From Cyanophora paradoxa CCMP329 (Eukaryota > Plantae > Glaucophyta), in NCBI GenBank assembly GCA_004431415.1, contig QPMI01000224.1:62001-126000 (forward strand): 64,000 bases of DNA. The letters are read 5' to 3'. The notes beneath the pieces were generated by a model. The model saw only the letters and a program-made list of their open reading frames with translations, made no database searches and had not been told where the DNA came from. The position numbers were made by a program, and so were the translations under genes. Below, one piece after another: positions 15,001-30,000 of this stretch. The number at the start of each line of letters is the position of its first letter. Position 1 is the stretch's first letter.

Positions 15001-18000
15001 CCAGCGGTCATTGAAGTGATGCCGAAGTCGTGGTCTTCATATGGCGGCATTCGAATAACGATATCGGTGCAAGCTCTCGACGACACGGAGACGGCCATAA
15101 TATGTCGTTTCTCAAGCAAGATTCACCTCTCCGGAAGCTTGACTGGCCCCTCGTCTGGTGAATGTGTGACGCCTGCGCTGGGTGTTGGACCTGCAACATG
15201 GGACCTGTCGCTGGATGGGGCGACGTTTACAAGCGATGGCGCTCAAAGCGTCGCGACTGTTGATGGTCTGCCCATGACGTCTGCAGCTTAATCGAGAGAC
15301 TGACGTTTACACGCGCAGAATTTTGGTCCATGCCGGAACAACTGGGGGTCACACCTTCCGACCGGCCGCTCAGCCTTACTGGCTTGGTTGCAGCTTCGTC
15401 TCTATCGTCTGCTTCGTGCCAATTCCCTGGGTTCAATCCATCGCCCCTCGTACCGGAATCTGATTCACAGCTCTTGATCGCGTTCCGATGTGCCATTCCG
15501 TCGCTTCCTGCCGGTTTCGTCCCCATCAGTCTCTTCCCGTTATTTTCAGCCGCGGTGGGGTCTTCCCAAGTCGAATTACGCGGTAGCTTCTGTGTCGCGC
15601 AATTCCGTCTTTCGGGGATTCTGATCCTATCCTGCATCTGCAGGTGCTTCCACGGGCTCTGTTCTTCGCTTGCAAGCTAGCAACTGCGGGAACTCGCTGC
15701 TAGTCCTCTTGGAGGGGCAGTCTCTCGCATACAATAATCTGGTTTGCGCATCACACGAGAGCTTATATTCACGATCGCTTCTGCAGCTGTCAACGGCTCT
15801 CGTGCTGTGCGAAGCTCCGGTCGATGCTCTGCAAAATGGCATTGTCGTGCTGTCGCGCGGCGAAGTGCTAGCGACCGCGAAGATCCTCGCTGCTGTGCCA
15901 GTTGGCTTTGCGGGCGGAGAGCATTGGTCGCCCCAAACAGGCGGATCGATACTGGCAATCTCGTCTAGCCTATCTGACAACTCAGTAGCCTCGACAATGC
16001 CATTGTGCACAATCAGAGAGAAGATCGTCATTGTGGCCGATGCTTCAGATGGCAGCACCGTCTGCATCTTCCCGGCACATCAACCAGTGATGGAGGCACC
16101 TGTTCGCTTGATCTTTTCTCGGTCGATCGAGCAAACCGCGGTATCTGTCTTCGTCAATGTTCGCCATCAGCCATCTGTCTTTCTCGTTCAACCCACTACT
16201 GCGAGAACTAGTGGAGGTGCTGAACTGCAATTGGCGCTCGCGTCAGAGATCAGCCAATCATCTTGCCTATTTGGTTCGGGGCTTTCTGCTACAATCCGAG
16301 CGTCCGCTGGGGCTTTCGTCTGCCAGGCGCCCGCTCTCGGTCCCGGTTTTGTTCCCGTCCGAGTCGAAGGCGCCGTTTTACAAGTGCTATCTCAAGGTCC
16401 TTGGAATAACACTCGCTCGCGGAATATCATAACTTTTTCTGACATCCGCCCTCGCAGATCCTGCCGAGCTGGAGCGTGCGGCTCCAGGTCACGCCGTGCC
16501 ATGGACACTCCTTGCAATATCTGGAGCAGAGTTCAGTCCGTCGCCCACGTGGTGTAGCTTTGGCGATGTCTCTACACAAACAAAGCTCGTCTCATCAAGC
16601 CTTCTCTTATGCGAGGCAGCAGCCGGGGCGTTTTTGCAAGTTGCCCTCTCGTCCGTTGGTGGAAGTGCATCGCCGTCACCCGTTTCCCTTGCAGGCAGAA
16701 GCGTCGTGTCACAATCTTCGTCTTCCGCGACCTTCCTGTCCAGTTCGGGAGGTTCGACCGTTGTCCTTTCCGGTACAGGGATCGCTTCTTCCAGCGGCGT
16801 GTCTGCCTGCCGTTTCGGAAAAGTTGTTACGTCATCGACCTCTACAACTACTGGAACAATCACCTGCTCTAGTCCCAGTTTGATCTACGGCGCCTCTGGT
16901 GTTGCTGCATCTCCGAACGGTGCTGATTGGGCATTGGAGATGCAGGAGGTGAACGTTTTCGATAGTCTTGAAGTCGATTTCCGCCCCATCGAGGCTTCCT
17001 CATCCACTTCCGGTGGCCGTGCGATGCATTTCGTTATACCAAACCTTGCATCTCGGCTTCAGAGCAGCTCGGCGATTTGTCGATTTGGTGAAGTTGACAC
17101 ATGGGCAACGATCATTTCGTCTTCTCTTCTTTCATGTCCAGCGCCTGCGCACAGTGCCGGCATCGTTCCAGTGACGTTCGTCGTCGGAACGGATGCCCGA
17201 CTGCAGTCGACGATTGCATTCCGCGGCAAGCTACCATTTCTCTTTTGTTTTTGCTGTCGCTTTCGGTCTGACCGAACAGTTTATCACAGAGCCTTCAAGC
17301 ATTCTTGCTTCGCAGCCGAGCTTGACGTCCACTGTCGGAGGAGGGCTCATTGCAATTTCTGGACGGAACATCGGGGCCCTAATCGATGGCATTCCCGTCT
17401 GCTCGTTCGGATTAAGTGTCTTCTCTGGGGCTAATGTCCTGTCAACGTCCCTGGTCATTTGCGAGTCCCCGTCTGCAATCTTGCCACGCATTGTTCAAGT
17501 TCCAGGTTCTCCAGTGTCTCTCCAGTTGCGGGGTGCGTTCCACACCCCTTCCCAGCGATGCCACTGTAGTAAGTCGCCTACGCAGATGCCGCCCCTCTCG
17601 AATCTATTTCCCCCGAGACGAGTCCCGAGGTCGGTGGTGTTCAGATCACTATCTCCGGAGCTGCATTTTCGGGCTTGTCAAAGCTCCGCTGTGGTTTCGA
17701 GGGGCGTGTTGTGGTGTCCGCAGCTTCGACGAGCAGTGGAGTCGTGATATGCTTCTCGCCAGCGTTGCGCCCTGGCTTGAAGTCACTTGCTGTGAGCTTC
17801 AATGGGGCCGATTTCGACGTCGCCAGTGCGGATACTTTGCTCCGTGTTGACGGTAAGTCATGCGCACTTTGCATGCCTGCTACGCTCAATTGTAAGCCTG
17901 GTAACTGCAGACGAACCTATCATCACTAGCGCCGTGTTGGGGACCAGCGGCACATCCCACCTTGCTGTATCAGTGTTTGGCGCGAACTTCGTGACCTCAT

Positions 18001-21000
18001 CACTCAGATCATGCATATTCGGCCTTCAACCATCGGCGGCTATCTTCAAGTCGTCCACGCGCCTCGTGTGTGCCCTCCCGAATCAACTGTCTGGATTCGC
18101 AACCGTTTCTGTCTTGCTGAATGGAGAGTCGCTCACGTCTCGCTCAAGTGTTGTACTCGGCATTCCAGCGAGCCCCCAAGTCTCAGCTATCATGCCGCTT
18201 CGGCAATTTGCCGAGTACGGCAGGCTTGTTAGCGTGTCTGGTACGGAGCTTCTGAGCATGCAATCTTGCGTGAGCGCAGCGAACGGACTTGCGGTGGTAC
18301 GATCGTCTGCATACGCTTTGTGTGAGACTGTCTTCTCGGGAGCCCGCTGGCCTTTACATGTCACGTTTGCCTACGGTGCTTTGCTCCAGACAGATTCAGT
18401 GACGCTCGCTCTTGGGGAGCCTGGCATCGTGGGTGTTGTTCCCAAGAGTCTGTTGTCGTCTGGGGGCTCTTTGATGAAGTTCATCTTGTCCGAACAGGAT
18501 ATGAATTTCACTCGCCCTGGAGCCGGTTGTATCTTCAACCACAGAATCTCCGTTTCGCACCACTTCGACAATGGTTACCCGGGAGAACTAGCGGTTGCAT
18601 GCTACTCGCCCACGCTCGCACGCGGCATTAATGTACCAGTGGAAATTTGCCTCGACGGTCAAGTTGGAGCGATCGCCGGACACCGAATGGTCGTTGTCGG
18701 TGCGTGCAAAAATGAGTTCGCGGTGCAATTTTAGATCTGATTCTTTGCATTGCCAGAGCCCCCGTCGTTGCTGGCGGGCGTGTCAGCCTCGGTTCTGCTC
18801 GACTCGCAATCTTCTGTTAGACTTATCACCCTCGATCCGTCTCGTCAATTCGGGGCCTCGATCACAGTCCGGCTTGGCAGGGCGATCTTAAGCCCAGCTG
18901 TCACGTCATTGGTATCGACTTTAAGTCGAGGGATCGCTCTTCTTACCGGTGCAGTGCCTTACGAGCATGCGGGCTTCACGGTAGCCGGCCTCGCCATCGA
19001 CGAGTTCTTGTCATCCGTGCATATACAACTGGAGCTTCTTGGTGCGATTGAGAAACCGTTTCCACTAGCTGGAACCACTTTTCTAACGTCCTTGTGTCTT
19101 GATGCAGGGCCCGTTGGCTTGGTGTCCGCCCTGCCCCCTGTTGCAAGTGTTGAGGGCACCACTGTCGTCCTCGTGAATGGAGTCAACTTTGTTGCTGCGG
19201 ACGGCTACTGCCTTGTCGGCAACTCGTTGTGGCGCTCGCGCATGCTCTCCACGTCCACGCTTCTTTGTGAAGTCGGTTCCGGATCAGCGCAGGCGGACTT
19301 CCTTCGTTTCTCTCTCTGGGCAGGCGCAGCAACTGTCTCGCAAGTTCCGCTGGCGCTTTCAAGTGCGTGTTGTTGCGAAAACAGTGCTTTACGGTGCCAG
19401 TGCTGACACTGTCATCTTAGATAATCCTCGGGTGGTCGTACTTCCCTCTTCCAGAGTTGTCAGTCCACTCGGGGGATCACTTATTGAATTCACGGTGGAC
19501 GGAGTTGCCTCAGCCCAGATCATTTCGTGTCGGCTTGACACAAAGATTATCCTTTCAGCACATCTTCGAGATGCTGACTTTTCGCGCTTTGGAAGGGTTC
19601 AGTGCTCCACTCCAGCACGAACCGGCGAGACAGTGTCCACGCTCCATTTCTCGAGCAACGGTGTGGATTTCGTGGAAGTGCTACCTCGCTTGCATTATTC
19701 CGGTGCGCAGCTCTGGGGTTGTTCGCTCTTTTTCTAATTTGTGGGCACTCTAGCGGATGGCGCGGTCCATGCATCCGTTCCATCGGAGATACCCAATTCT
19801 GGCGGGACATCACTGTCGATTCTCACGTCAGACTTGACCGGGCAACCCAGCTGTGTCATCGATCAAGCCGTTCTGCAAGCTCAGATTGTGGGCAGCACTG
19901 CCGCTTGCATCACTCCGGTTTTGGAAGCAGGTTTTTTGTCCCTTGCCCTGTTCGAGTCTCCTTCCACTCGGCCTGCCCTTGCTGGAGTTCAGTTGCATGT
20001 ATACGGTTCGGAGTCCCCTTTTTGCTGCCTGTTATTGTGCTTGTCTAAAGTCGCTCTTTCAGAGCCGCCTCTTATCCGGGGTGTCATTGTCTCTGATGGA
20101 ATCGTCAATTCCCCCGGACTCTTACTCGTCAGCGGCTCGCACTTTGTATCGCTTGATGGTCATGCTCCTTTCTCTTGCAACGTTGCAGGCTCTGCGAGCG
20201 TATCGGGGACGATACTCTTCTCCTCAGCGGCTGCAATATGCGAGATGCAAGTTGCTTCCGTTGGCAGTGCAATCTTGAGGCTCTCTAGGAATGGTGTAGA
20301 TGACACCGATCCTGTCGCTCACTCAGTTTTCGCCGCATTTGGTGCGAAAGGTTTTGGCATATTTCTTTTCCGCTTGGAGCTTATCTTGCGAACAGAAATC
20401 CCAGCCATCGTATCACGCAACCCAGGGGACAGTACACCAGATGGGGGCACAGATCTTGTCTTGGCCGGAGATTTCACTAGCACTCCTGTTCGATCAGCAA
20501 TCTGCCTTTTCGGACGAGCGCTTTATGTTGCAGCCCGATTCTTTAGTGAAGGTCTCGTCCAGTGTTCAAGTCCAGCGCACCGCCCAGAGGTCTCTGTTGT
20601 CACTGTGCTGGCTCGAACTAGCGCTTCTTTCTCCGACGTATTCAGCTTCGAGTGGAGAGAAAGTCGAGCTCCTTCCACGTGGACTTCAGACCGTCAGAGT
20701 GAATTCTCGCCAGGTGTGCATTGTTTGTTTTCTCTACAGATGATCCAGATCCATGACTCCAGCTACCACAGAAACAGCATCACGAACGTCCGGAGTTGCT
20801 GTATATCCACCGCTGACAGTAGAAGGCTCCCTGTATCTTGCAGAAGGGCCCATTTCGATGCCGGAGGGTTCGGAGGCCACGGCAGTCTCTTGCTCTCGGA
20901 GGCTTTCTACAGTTATGATAATCTGCGAAGTTTTGCTCGGTGCCGAGATCAGCTTGCATTCGTCAACTTCTGCTCTTCCGAATGCAATTATTACCCGTAC

Positions 21001-24000
21001 GTTCGAAGCGCAAAGAGTTTTGATTTCCAACTCATTTCTTTTGCAGCTTCTATTGCGGTCCATTCAGTACAGCCAAGCGCTGGAAACGAGGTTGGAGGCT
21101 CGACGATCTCGCTTGCGCTGTCAAGCGTCTCCGATATGCAGTGGGGCTTCACTCGTCCTGCATGTAGATTTGGCGGAAAAGTGGTCGTGGGCGGATTGCT
21201 TTCGAGCAAGAGCAGTCTGTCGTGTGTCGCTCCTGCTCGCTTGAATACTGCCTGCAACGTAGAGGCTTCTATCAACACTCAAGATTTTTCAATGGATGTG
21301 TTCCGCCTCGAAATTCTGCGTGCGTTCAAACAGTTCCGTTGTCCCATGTAGATGTTTCTCACGTGTCCCGCAGCTACGCTTCCCACGCGATTTGTGTCTC
21401 CTGCTGTCCTTCGGGCCACCAATCCACCAACGATTTCGGCTTCTGTTGTGCAGCGGTCACCCGTGTTGGCGCTCGAGGAACTTTCTTGCGCGTTCGGCGT
21501 TGAGAAAGCTTTGCGATCGTCACCCGTTCAGAGTTCTCTCACTTACGCTCGCATAGCCTGCATGCCCGTTTCTGGCTCGCTAGGCTTTGTCCCCGTCTCC
21601 ATCACCGTCACTGGACTGTTCGCGAACTCAATCGAGACACTTGAGTTCAAAGGTGCGATTCCCCGCCAAATTCATTCGTCTCATTGATAACGGCTCTCTC
21701 GGGCAGAATCTGCGTCTATGCAACAAGTGATTCCGGCACGCGGCCTTGCTGGAGAACCCTTCGTGATCGGTATCTTTGGAAGCGATTTTCCAATCAGCTC
21801 CATGGCAGGATCTGTCAGCGTGGTCGATGATTCAGGCCGATCAGTGGCGCGCGTCGTGTCATCTGCACACTTATTGTGCGAGCGCGGGCCGACGGCTGCG
21901 GGGACTTCAATGATGCGAGTAGAGAGCGACGGAGCTGACATCAGTTCCGCACCGTATGCTTTCGCTCACAGCCCGCGACCGCTTGTCTACGACGATCCCG
22001 TCTTTTTTGGAGGGCAGCACGGAGGTCGCATCTTGGAAGCTCGTATGGAGAGCCTGGAGTCGTATCTCCAAATCGTTTGCGTTGTCAATGACGTCCAGGT
22101 GACATCCTACGTGAGCGAGAATCGTGCAGCGTGCCCAATGCCCGCTGTTGTTCCGGGAGTTGCCAGGGTGAGCATTGCCACGGTCCACGGAAATGTCCTG
22201 CTGCACACGTCGGTCGTTGTCGCAGGTATGTCTTTGAAGTGTTCCTACCCATGCACACTCACTTAGCTTTTCATTCAGGCACTGTTGAAGTAGCGCTTTT
22301 GTCAACATCTGTGAGTGTTAGAGACACCAGCGCTGGACTAGTGCTCGCTGGAAGGCAGCTGTCTACCTCTGGGATGTCCTGCGTCGTGGGAGAAGCTGCT
22401 AGAATTGCAGCTCCTTCAGTTTCTATTCAAAGGGACCTGTCCACGATTGTTTGTTCCCTCTCCGGTCAGATTCGTGAAGGGTTCGTGTCGCTGGTGACGA
22501 CTCCAGAAAGCATTTCTTCCATTGGCTCTCTTCAGGTCGACATGTTCGGTGCGACATGCGGCATATTTGCTGTTTACCTCCACTGACAGATCCGCTTGTC
22601 AGCTCCGCCACAGTCCGTACACGTTGTCCCCATGGCTACTTCAGTTCACTCTGCAGTGGTAGTGTTTGGCCGTAATTATCGCCAGACTTCCGCGCTGCTG
22701 TGCAACTTTAAGGCCGGTGTCGCCCATATCGGTCATTGGATGTCATCGACTGTCGGATTCTGCGAAATGGCATCAATTGCTTCAACTTCCATCATCGTCT
22801 CTGATAGACCGGCCGTGGAAGGATCTTTCGATGGGCCCGGAGCGGCCATCTTATCACGTGTTGTAGAAGGTTCGGCGGAGTCCCTTGCTCTTTTAGGGCC
22901 GTCTTGACTTCATCGCTCAGGAATCACAGATTTCTCTCTTTCCAGAGCGGGTGACTCTGCGACAGCGATCGCAACTGGCGGAATCTCGCTTGGTGTCGCC
23001 ATAAGCGAAGCTTCCAGTGATGTTCCAAGTGAAACGTCAAGCTTCAACTTCTATTGCCGATTTGGCAAAGTCGTCCTTTCGGCTCCTGGCATTGACTCGT
23101 CGAGGGTGGCATGCGTGTCTCCGGCGGCAGCCGAAGGCGTTTATAGCCTCGCAGTGTCATACAATGCGTTTGATTGGTCAACTCGCCAGCTCCCACTTCG
23201 TGTCGAGAGTGCGTCGAGTGGTTGCTTTCACGATTCTACGTGACTTTTCTGACATGGCATTCTCGCAGGTGCCGCACTCGTGTCCCGGATTGATCCTGAT
23301 CTCGTTCTCGCAGCCGGCGGGTCACGTGCCCGCGTCGTTGGAACGTTTTCGCAGAACTCTCCGATCCAGTGTTCCTTTGGGCAAAGCATTGTTCCAGCGA
23401 TGCTCTCAAGCCAGAGCTTTGCTCTATGCATCGTGCCTGCAGTAAGAGAAGGGTTCTCCTCGGCGGGCATCATGCATTCTGCGTCATCAGACTTGTCTTC
23501 TGCCGTTGTCATCCACGCGATCAGGGATACGACTGGGACCTCACTTGGAAACCTTCCCCAAACATCGTTGGTCGTCGTTTATGCAGAGTCGCTCCGCCCA
23601 AGCTTTGCGTCGAGGGCAGTCCTGTGCGATTTCCAAGGAGATGTTCGTGCTGGTATAGCGTTGTCCTCGTCCGTTGCACTTTGCCCAGGACCGGGCTTCG
23701 GTGCCGCGCTGTCGTCCATCGCAGTCTCGTTTGACCTGCTCAACTCGGCAAAGACAGGATCTGCCTTGCCCGATGCAGGTCTGTTAATCTATTGCCTGAC
23801 ACCGAATATCTAGTCTGAACTTCCCTCGTATCCGAAGCAAACACGGACGTTCATTTCACGACACCGTCTTCGAGCCCCTACGTCGGTGGGACCGTCATTC
23901 AAGTCGCGTCTTCAAACCTCGTGTCAAGTCAAGACGTCTTCTGCCGGTTCAACTCGAAACTGTACGTGGCTGCTGAATGGAAGTCGAACTCTCTGGTTGA

Positions 24001-27000
24001 TTGCACATCACCGTCTGCCGTCACACGCTCGTATTCTGACATTGCCATATCGAGAAATCGATTCGACTATGGCGCACAGAGCTCGTTCGAGTACTATGGT
24101 GTGTACATGCTCTGAAAATTGTTCTCTAAACATCTTTTCGTCTAATATGTCGTGCAGACCCCTCGGTGTTGCTGTATGCTGTTCCTTCAAGAGCCGTAGT
24201 CGCGAAGTGGACTGTCATCACTGCCATTGGTAGAGGTTTTGCGATGGATCCAAGCACGACGTGTCAGATTGCGCATGCCGCTGGGCTAGCCATCTCAATG
24301 CAGTCAACGCAAGTTGTATGTGGTGTATCCTTCGGGCAGACTGGGTTTGCCAGCATCTCCGTTGCCGCGGCTGGTCAGCAGGCTTCTGCCGTCATTGAAT
24401 TTAGCGGTGAGACAAGGGTCCCCTTGCAAGGCAAGCAGTTGCGCACGCTAACTTCGAGAGCAGCTGCACCCGTCATCACTGACGATCTGCTACCTGCGAT
24501 CGGTCTTGCTTCCGGGTTCACAGTCGTGACTGTCTTCGGGCGCAATTTGTCACCTGTCTTGTTCTGCTTGGTTGCTGGTGTTTCCATTCCAGTCATTCCC
24601 GTGTCTTCCAAGGCTGTTCTATGCGAGATCAGTTCGTCAAGCGGATTCCAAAGTGCACCGGTTCATCTTGCCGGCGAGAGTGGTGCAGTGTATGCCTCGG
24701 CACCAGCAGCCATCACTCTAGCAGGTACAGTAACCAAAAAGCTGCGCGGCTGCATCTAAGTTATGCTGTCACAGGGATCGTGGAGGTGGTGAGCTTTTTG
24801 CCGCAATCTGGCGGACGTGCGGGTGGATCGAAGGTTGAACTCGGCATCGACCTCCACAGCTTCGACTCCTGGGCACAATCAGGACGGACATCGTGCCGTT
24901 TCGGCCCCAAGCTTGTTGTATCTGCAGATGCCTCGGATGGGACCGTCGTCTGCCTCGCGCCTGCGCGTGCGCCTGGACAAGCGGCCATTGATGTGTCACC
25001 GAACGGGCTGGATTTCCTTCCACAGTCCACTCTTTACACCTATCAAGGCAAGCGCCATGGTGAATTTTTGAAGCGTTGCGAAATTTTTTAATCGCTCGCG
25101 CAGATTCTGCGCAAGTTCTCGGCATTCATCCCACCGCAATGAAATCAACAGGAGGCTCACTGTGGCGTATATTCGGAATCCGCGTTGGTCTTGACACTGA
25201 CATCACATCAATCCGATTCAATGACATCACCACTGGCGCTATCTCGTTGATGACTTCGAATGTGCTTTCGGTCCCATCGCCTGACAGTAGGCCTGGATTC
25301 GCTTCGATGACGTTGTTGCGCGGAGCAGACATCATCCTAACTGGCTTAACAGTCCAGTTTACGCACAGTATGACGCTGCTCTCTGCATATCCGCAAGTTC
25401 TCCCAGACCAAGGGGGCACACTTGTCACCGTTCGCGGAACGAATCTTTTCCGTGAGCTACCGCAATGCATGTTTTCTGGTCAGATTATGGATGCTCGGTC
25501 TCTTTCGTCCTCATTTTGGATCTGTGAATCGCCAAGCTTCAAGTTCTTTGCAGCTGTGCTTCAACTGGCAGGAGCAAGCGTTCCGGAGACAGGGTCACGC
25601 CCAGTGGCAATCGGCAGACGAGTTGCTATCGAGCAAGTCTCTCCAGATGTGGTATCTGACATCGGCGGCAGTCTCATGTCATTGTCAGTCTCAAACGCCA
25701 CCATGGACGACCTTCCCTCGTGCCTCTTCGACGGAAAGTTCCTCGTGGCTGGTGACCTGATCAGCAGCTCTCAGATCCGTTGCATACCTGTTAGCCGTTC
25801 GCCGTCGATCTCGTCTCGCGTGCAAGTCACCACCAATCAAATTGACTTCTCCGACGCTAGCCCACAGATCGCATTCGTAGGTGTGCAATGGTATACGTAA
25901 ATTCACCAAATGTCATTCTCACCGTCATCGCGCAGAGGCGCCTCGGGCGTATAGTGTGCAACCTAGCAGAGTGATGTCAGCCGGGGGGGGCCTGGTCACT
26001 GTTGTCGGCTCCCATTTCGCTCTTTTCCCTTACGTCATGCAAGCTGTCTTCGGCTTCCAGGCGGCGGGGAGCACAGCTTCGACGGCTTCTCTGCTTGTTG
26101 CATCGAGCCCGAGTTCGCCCGCAGGATTTACAGCACTTGAGCTTGTGAAGGTGGCTGGTATATCAACGGCTTCCGGGCTGTTAGTCGAGTTCGCGGAACC
26201 TGCCTCGGTCGTGGAAGTGCTTCCATACCGAGCACCAGTAGCGGCCACGTCGTTAGTTTTGCTTTCGGGGCACGACCTTCACCATTCTGCCAATTTTGTC
26301 TTGTCAGCAGTGAGATCTCCGGCGTCTGCCCGCATTATATCTACTGCTTGTGGCGTCACTGAAACGTTTGGTGATTACGAGACGACCAAGCAGGTGCAGA
26401 TCATGGAAGGCGGGTCCGGTCTCTTAAACAACCAAGCATCGATTGAATATTACATGCTGCCAACGTTGAGATCTGTGGCGCCTGTATCGCTGAATTCATT
26501 TGGCGGAGATATCATCACTTTCAATGGAGTGGGATTCTCCGACGCCGCAACTTGTGTGTTCGGTCTGCGAGTCTGGGTGACAGCGTCCTTCGTCACAGGT
26601 TCAATTGTGGAATGCGTTGCTCCGTCCCTCCGTCCAGCTGGCAGCATCTCTGTGGGCGTTTCCCTTGACAAATACATTATATCTCTTGAGCTGAGCTTCA
26701 TTCAAATCAAGAGCGACATCTCGTCCTGGTTGGCCACGACACATCTCCCTTCGCTTGGATCTCAGATGACCGTTCCTCCCAACATTGCAATTGTCAGAAT
26801 TCTGCCAAAGACCTCTCCAGCGTCCAGCAGCACTCTCCTCGAAATCAGTGGCTCTGATCTGCTCGCTGCTGGTCCTCGGAGCGTGTGCTTTGTATCGGGC
26901 CGGAATGTAATCGCCCCTATTAGAGATCTCTCATCGGCGACAGCCCTTTGCGAACTCCCGCCATGGAGCTCTTTGGGTCTTGCTTACGGATCCATTGAGA

Positions 27001-30000
27001 CCGGTGTGTCATCGGATGAGGTTTTGTTCCCTCGAACAGGTTCGAGAGAGCGCAGGTAGTTACACCTTTCCAATTTCTGACCAAAGCGATCAGATGATAT
27101 CGTCGTGCTGCATGTCGACCCGCCGTCTGCCACCGCCAACGGCGGCGAAATGCTCAGAGTGGCCATTGAACCCACTGGAAATCAAAAACTTCCAGCCATA
27201 TATTGCCGTATAGGGAAGATTGCAGTGGCCGGGGGTGACTACACGGGTTCTTTTGTGATATGTGTAACACCGTCAGGCCAGCAGGGTGTCGCCCACGCGC
27301 TAGAGCTCTCTGTAAACCAGATGGATTTCTCCTTGGCTGGTGTATCGGTTGTGTACGGAGGTCTGCGACCTTAGCGACAAAATTTGGTTTGTCACTGGGA
27401 CTGACATGTTTTTCTTCTACAGTTGCCAGTAAGATCGTAAGTGTGCAACCTGGGACCGGCTCCGCTGGAGCTGCTTCGACGTCAGTGGCCATTGTGCAAT
27501 CGGCAATTGCAGCTTATGACCAAGTGCATGTCTTTTTCGGGGGCACGATTATCTCTGGGCTGCCAGAAGGCAGGCGTGTTGTTCGTGTGTTCACTCCTGC
27601 TGTTGAGGCTGGGTTTACTACTCTGCATCTCGGTAACGGAGACAACCTTGATACTTCATCTGCGCAGTTCGAATTCAGATGTTCGGCCTTTTTTATGTCA
27701 TGATATGTCATGCATGTATTCAAGCATTGCGCAGCTGCGTTTTCTTTGCGGTCTGTAACACCACAGATCATCTGGGATGGCCCGGCGCTTCTTGCGTTTA
27801 CTGGTTCCAATCTTCCTCTAGATCAGCCTGTGTGTTGCGCAGAGACCGGGGCTTCGTGTGGCAGGAGAGCTGTTGGCGCCAAGTCGTCAGCATTCCTGCT
27901 TTGTGTTGCCTATCCACCGGAAGCGGCGTCCCTCCAGCAGTCAACTGGCTTGGAGTTGCGTGTCGTCAGCAAGCCCTCCTCCATGACGGTTGGCCCATCA
28001 ACGATCCTGGCGATTGGCGGTTCTCGAGTTTCAATTTCGGGCTCCTTGTTCGCATCGAGCAGCGCTACGTTCTGCATGTTCAATAAGATAATTATCTTCG
28101 GTATCAAGATCGACTCGCAGAACCTGAACTGTTTGTCGCCGGCACTGGCGTCCCGTTTGCATGGCCCCTCTTCTGTCGTAGGAGTTGGTCTTGCTCCCGA
28201 TAACTTGTTCTCTTTCTCGCAAATGCTCGATGTGGAAGGTTTGCGTTCATATTATTCATTGAAAATCGTGTCTGATCCTAGTACAGACCTGCCAAGACTA
28301 TCTACTCTTGTCCCTCCCACAGCATCGGTCGCGGGAGGCTCAAAACTCGCAGTGGCAGGGAGAGGCCTGGGGCTTCTCATCTCCGGCTCCGCCGACGCTC
28401 CCCAGATGCAGCTCTCATCGTCAGCCGTGCTTACTCTTCTGCCCTCTCATTCGTCTGGCTTCGGTGTTTTGTGGCTATGGCTGGAGCAAGGCCACTGGCC
28501 GACATCGCTGCAGATTGAGTATCGCGGTACGTCGCTGAGCCATGGTGTAGGTCTGTCGCAATCTGAAAGCACGATGTGTCGTCAGATCCGCCGACTGTAT
28601 CTTATCTAGCGCCACGCGGAGGCCCAGCATCCGGAGGCACCTTGGCAACGGTAGTCGGACGCCACCTCTCTGGAGTTACAGCCGTTCTGGTCGGTGATTC
28701 GCGCATACAACGCATTCACTGCCCCTCTTCCACCGCTTGCTTGCTGGACGTTCCTCCGGACGAAGTTGGCGAAACCGTCAGTCTGTGTCTTTCTCTCATC
28801 CAGGGGGACGCCGTCGCAGCGAAAAGCTCTTTTGCTTACGAAGGTAAGAGAACCGTGTGGACTCGATCGCTTTCCCAACCGTCTCGCAGGGAGCCATACC
28901 GTCTGGAACGTGGAGCCCGCCCTAACTTCTGAAGCAGGTGGCTCCCTCCTATCGGTTGGTGTCACCGGACGCCAGAGTGGCCTCTTCAGCTGCGCGTTCA
29001 GAGGAAAAGTCTTGGTCACGGGTATCGTCCAGCAGAACGGCGCGATAGTTTGTGCCCCGCCGGCGGGCGTAGAGGGTCTCCGTGCCACTGTTGAGATTTC
29101 GGGTAACGGCGTAGACTTCTCATTGGACGGGCACGCTGTCATCTACTCCAGTGCGAAATTCTCCCTTGACCTCGGCCACCCCCTCTTATTCAGTGATGCC
29201 TGTGCAGGAGCAGCTGGTGCAGCATATACTGTTGGTGTAGCTGTGTCAGCCGGTCATTCAGGTTCAGTGCTCGTCGTGGGCAGGCGTTTCTCGCCGCAAA
29301 GAGCGTGGTCTTGTGTCTTCGGTACCTCTACAGTGCAGGCTGTCGTGGTCTCGCGGGTTGTTCTGGCGTGCACTACGCCCTCTATGGAGCCCGGGTTTGT
29401 GGCCGTTCATGTTTCAAGTGACATGGGCTTGTTGGGTACAGCAAGCTCTTCACTTCACTTCTCCGGTGCGCTCTGGTGTGCTGTTCTGTACGGTTCGATT
29501 CAATAACGTGCTGCCAGAAACTGCTGCGGAGCGAGCTATGGCGCCTGCAGCTGTTCCTGTCGGGACCGACTCGCTTGTCGTGGTTCAAGGAACCGGCCCG
29601 GGGCTCGATCGCGTTTGTTCTCAGCTCGGTCGTGTGGGGCATGTCTTATCCACCGGGACGGTTGTCTGCGAAGCATCGTTGTCGGGGCGCCCACCTTCTA
29701 GTGACGTCTTCGTCCGGGTGCATCCTCCGGTCAAGGCAACTACGATCGTTCCGAACGTTGGTTTCGTTGTTGGAGGGTCAAGAATGGTGTTAGCTGTGAC
29801 TGGCATCTCCAAAAACGAGCCTTACTCGTGCCGTTTTGGTACCAAGATCTACGTGTCTGCTGACGTCGGGGACGAGCATGCGAGCTGCACATCCCCTGCA
29901 AGATCTAGCTCGTTGCAGAGCGTCGAGATTTGTGGTAGCCGATCTACTTTGCATGAGGTTGCACCTCTCTGGTTCCAGTACATTGGTTCGTCTGCCTCGC

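Noticed and set aside
24325-24332. GTATCCTT, a perfect U12 GT-type donor
   Set aside because: It lies inside an exon encoding CGVSFGQTGF, where the expected type-B GF motif follows in frame; no intron is needed.
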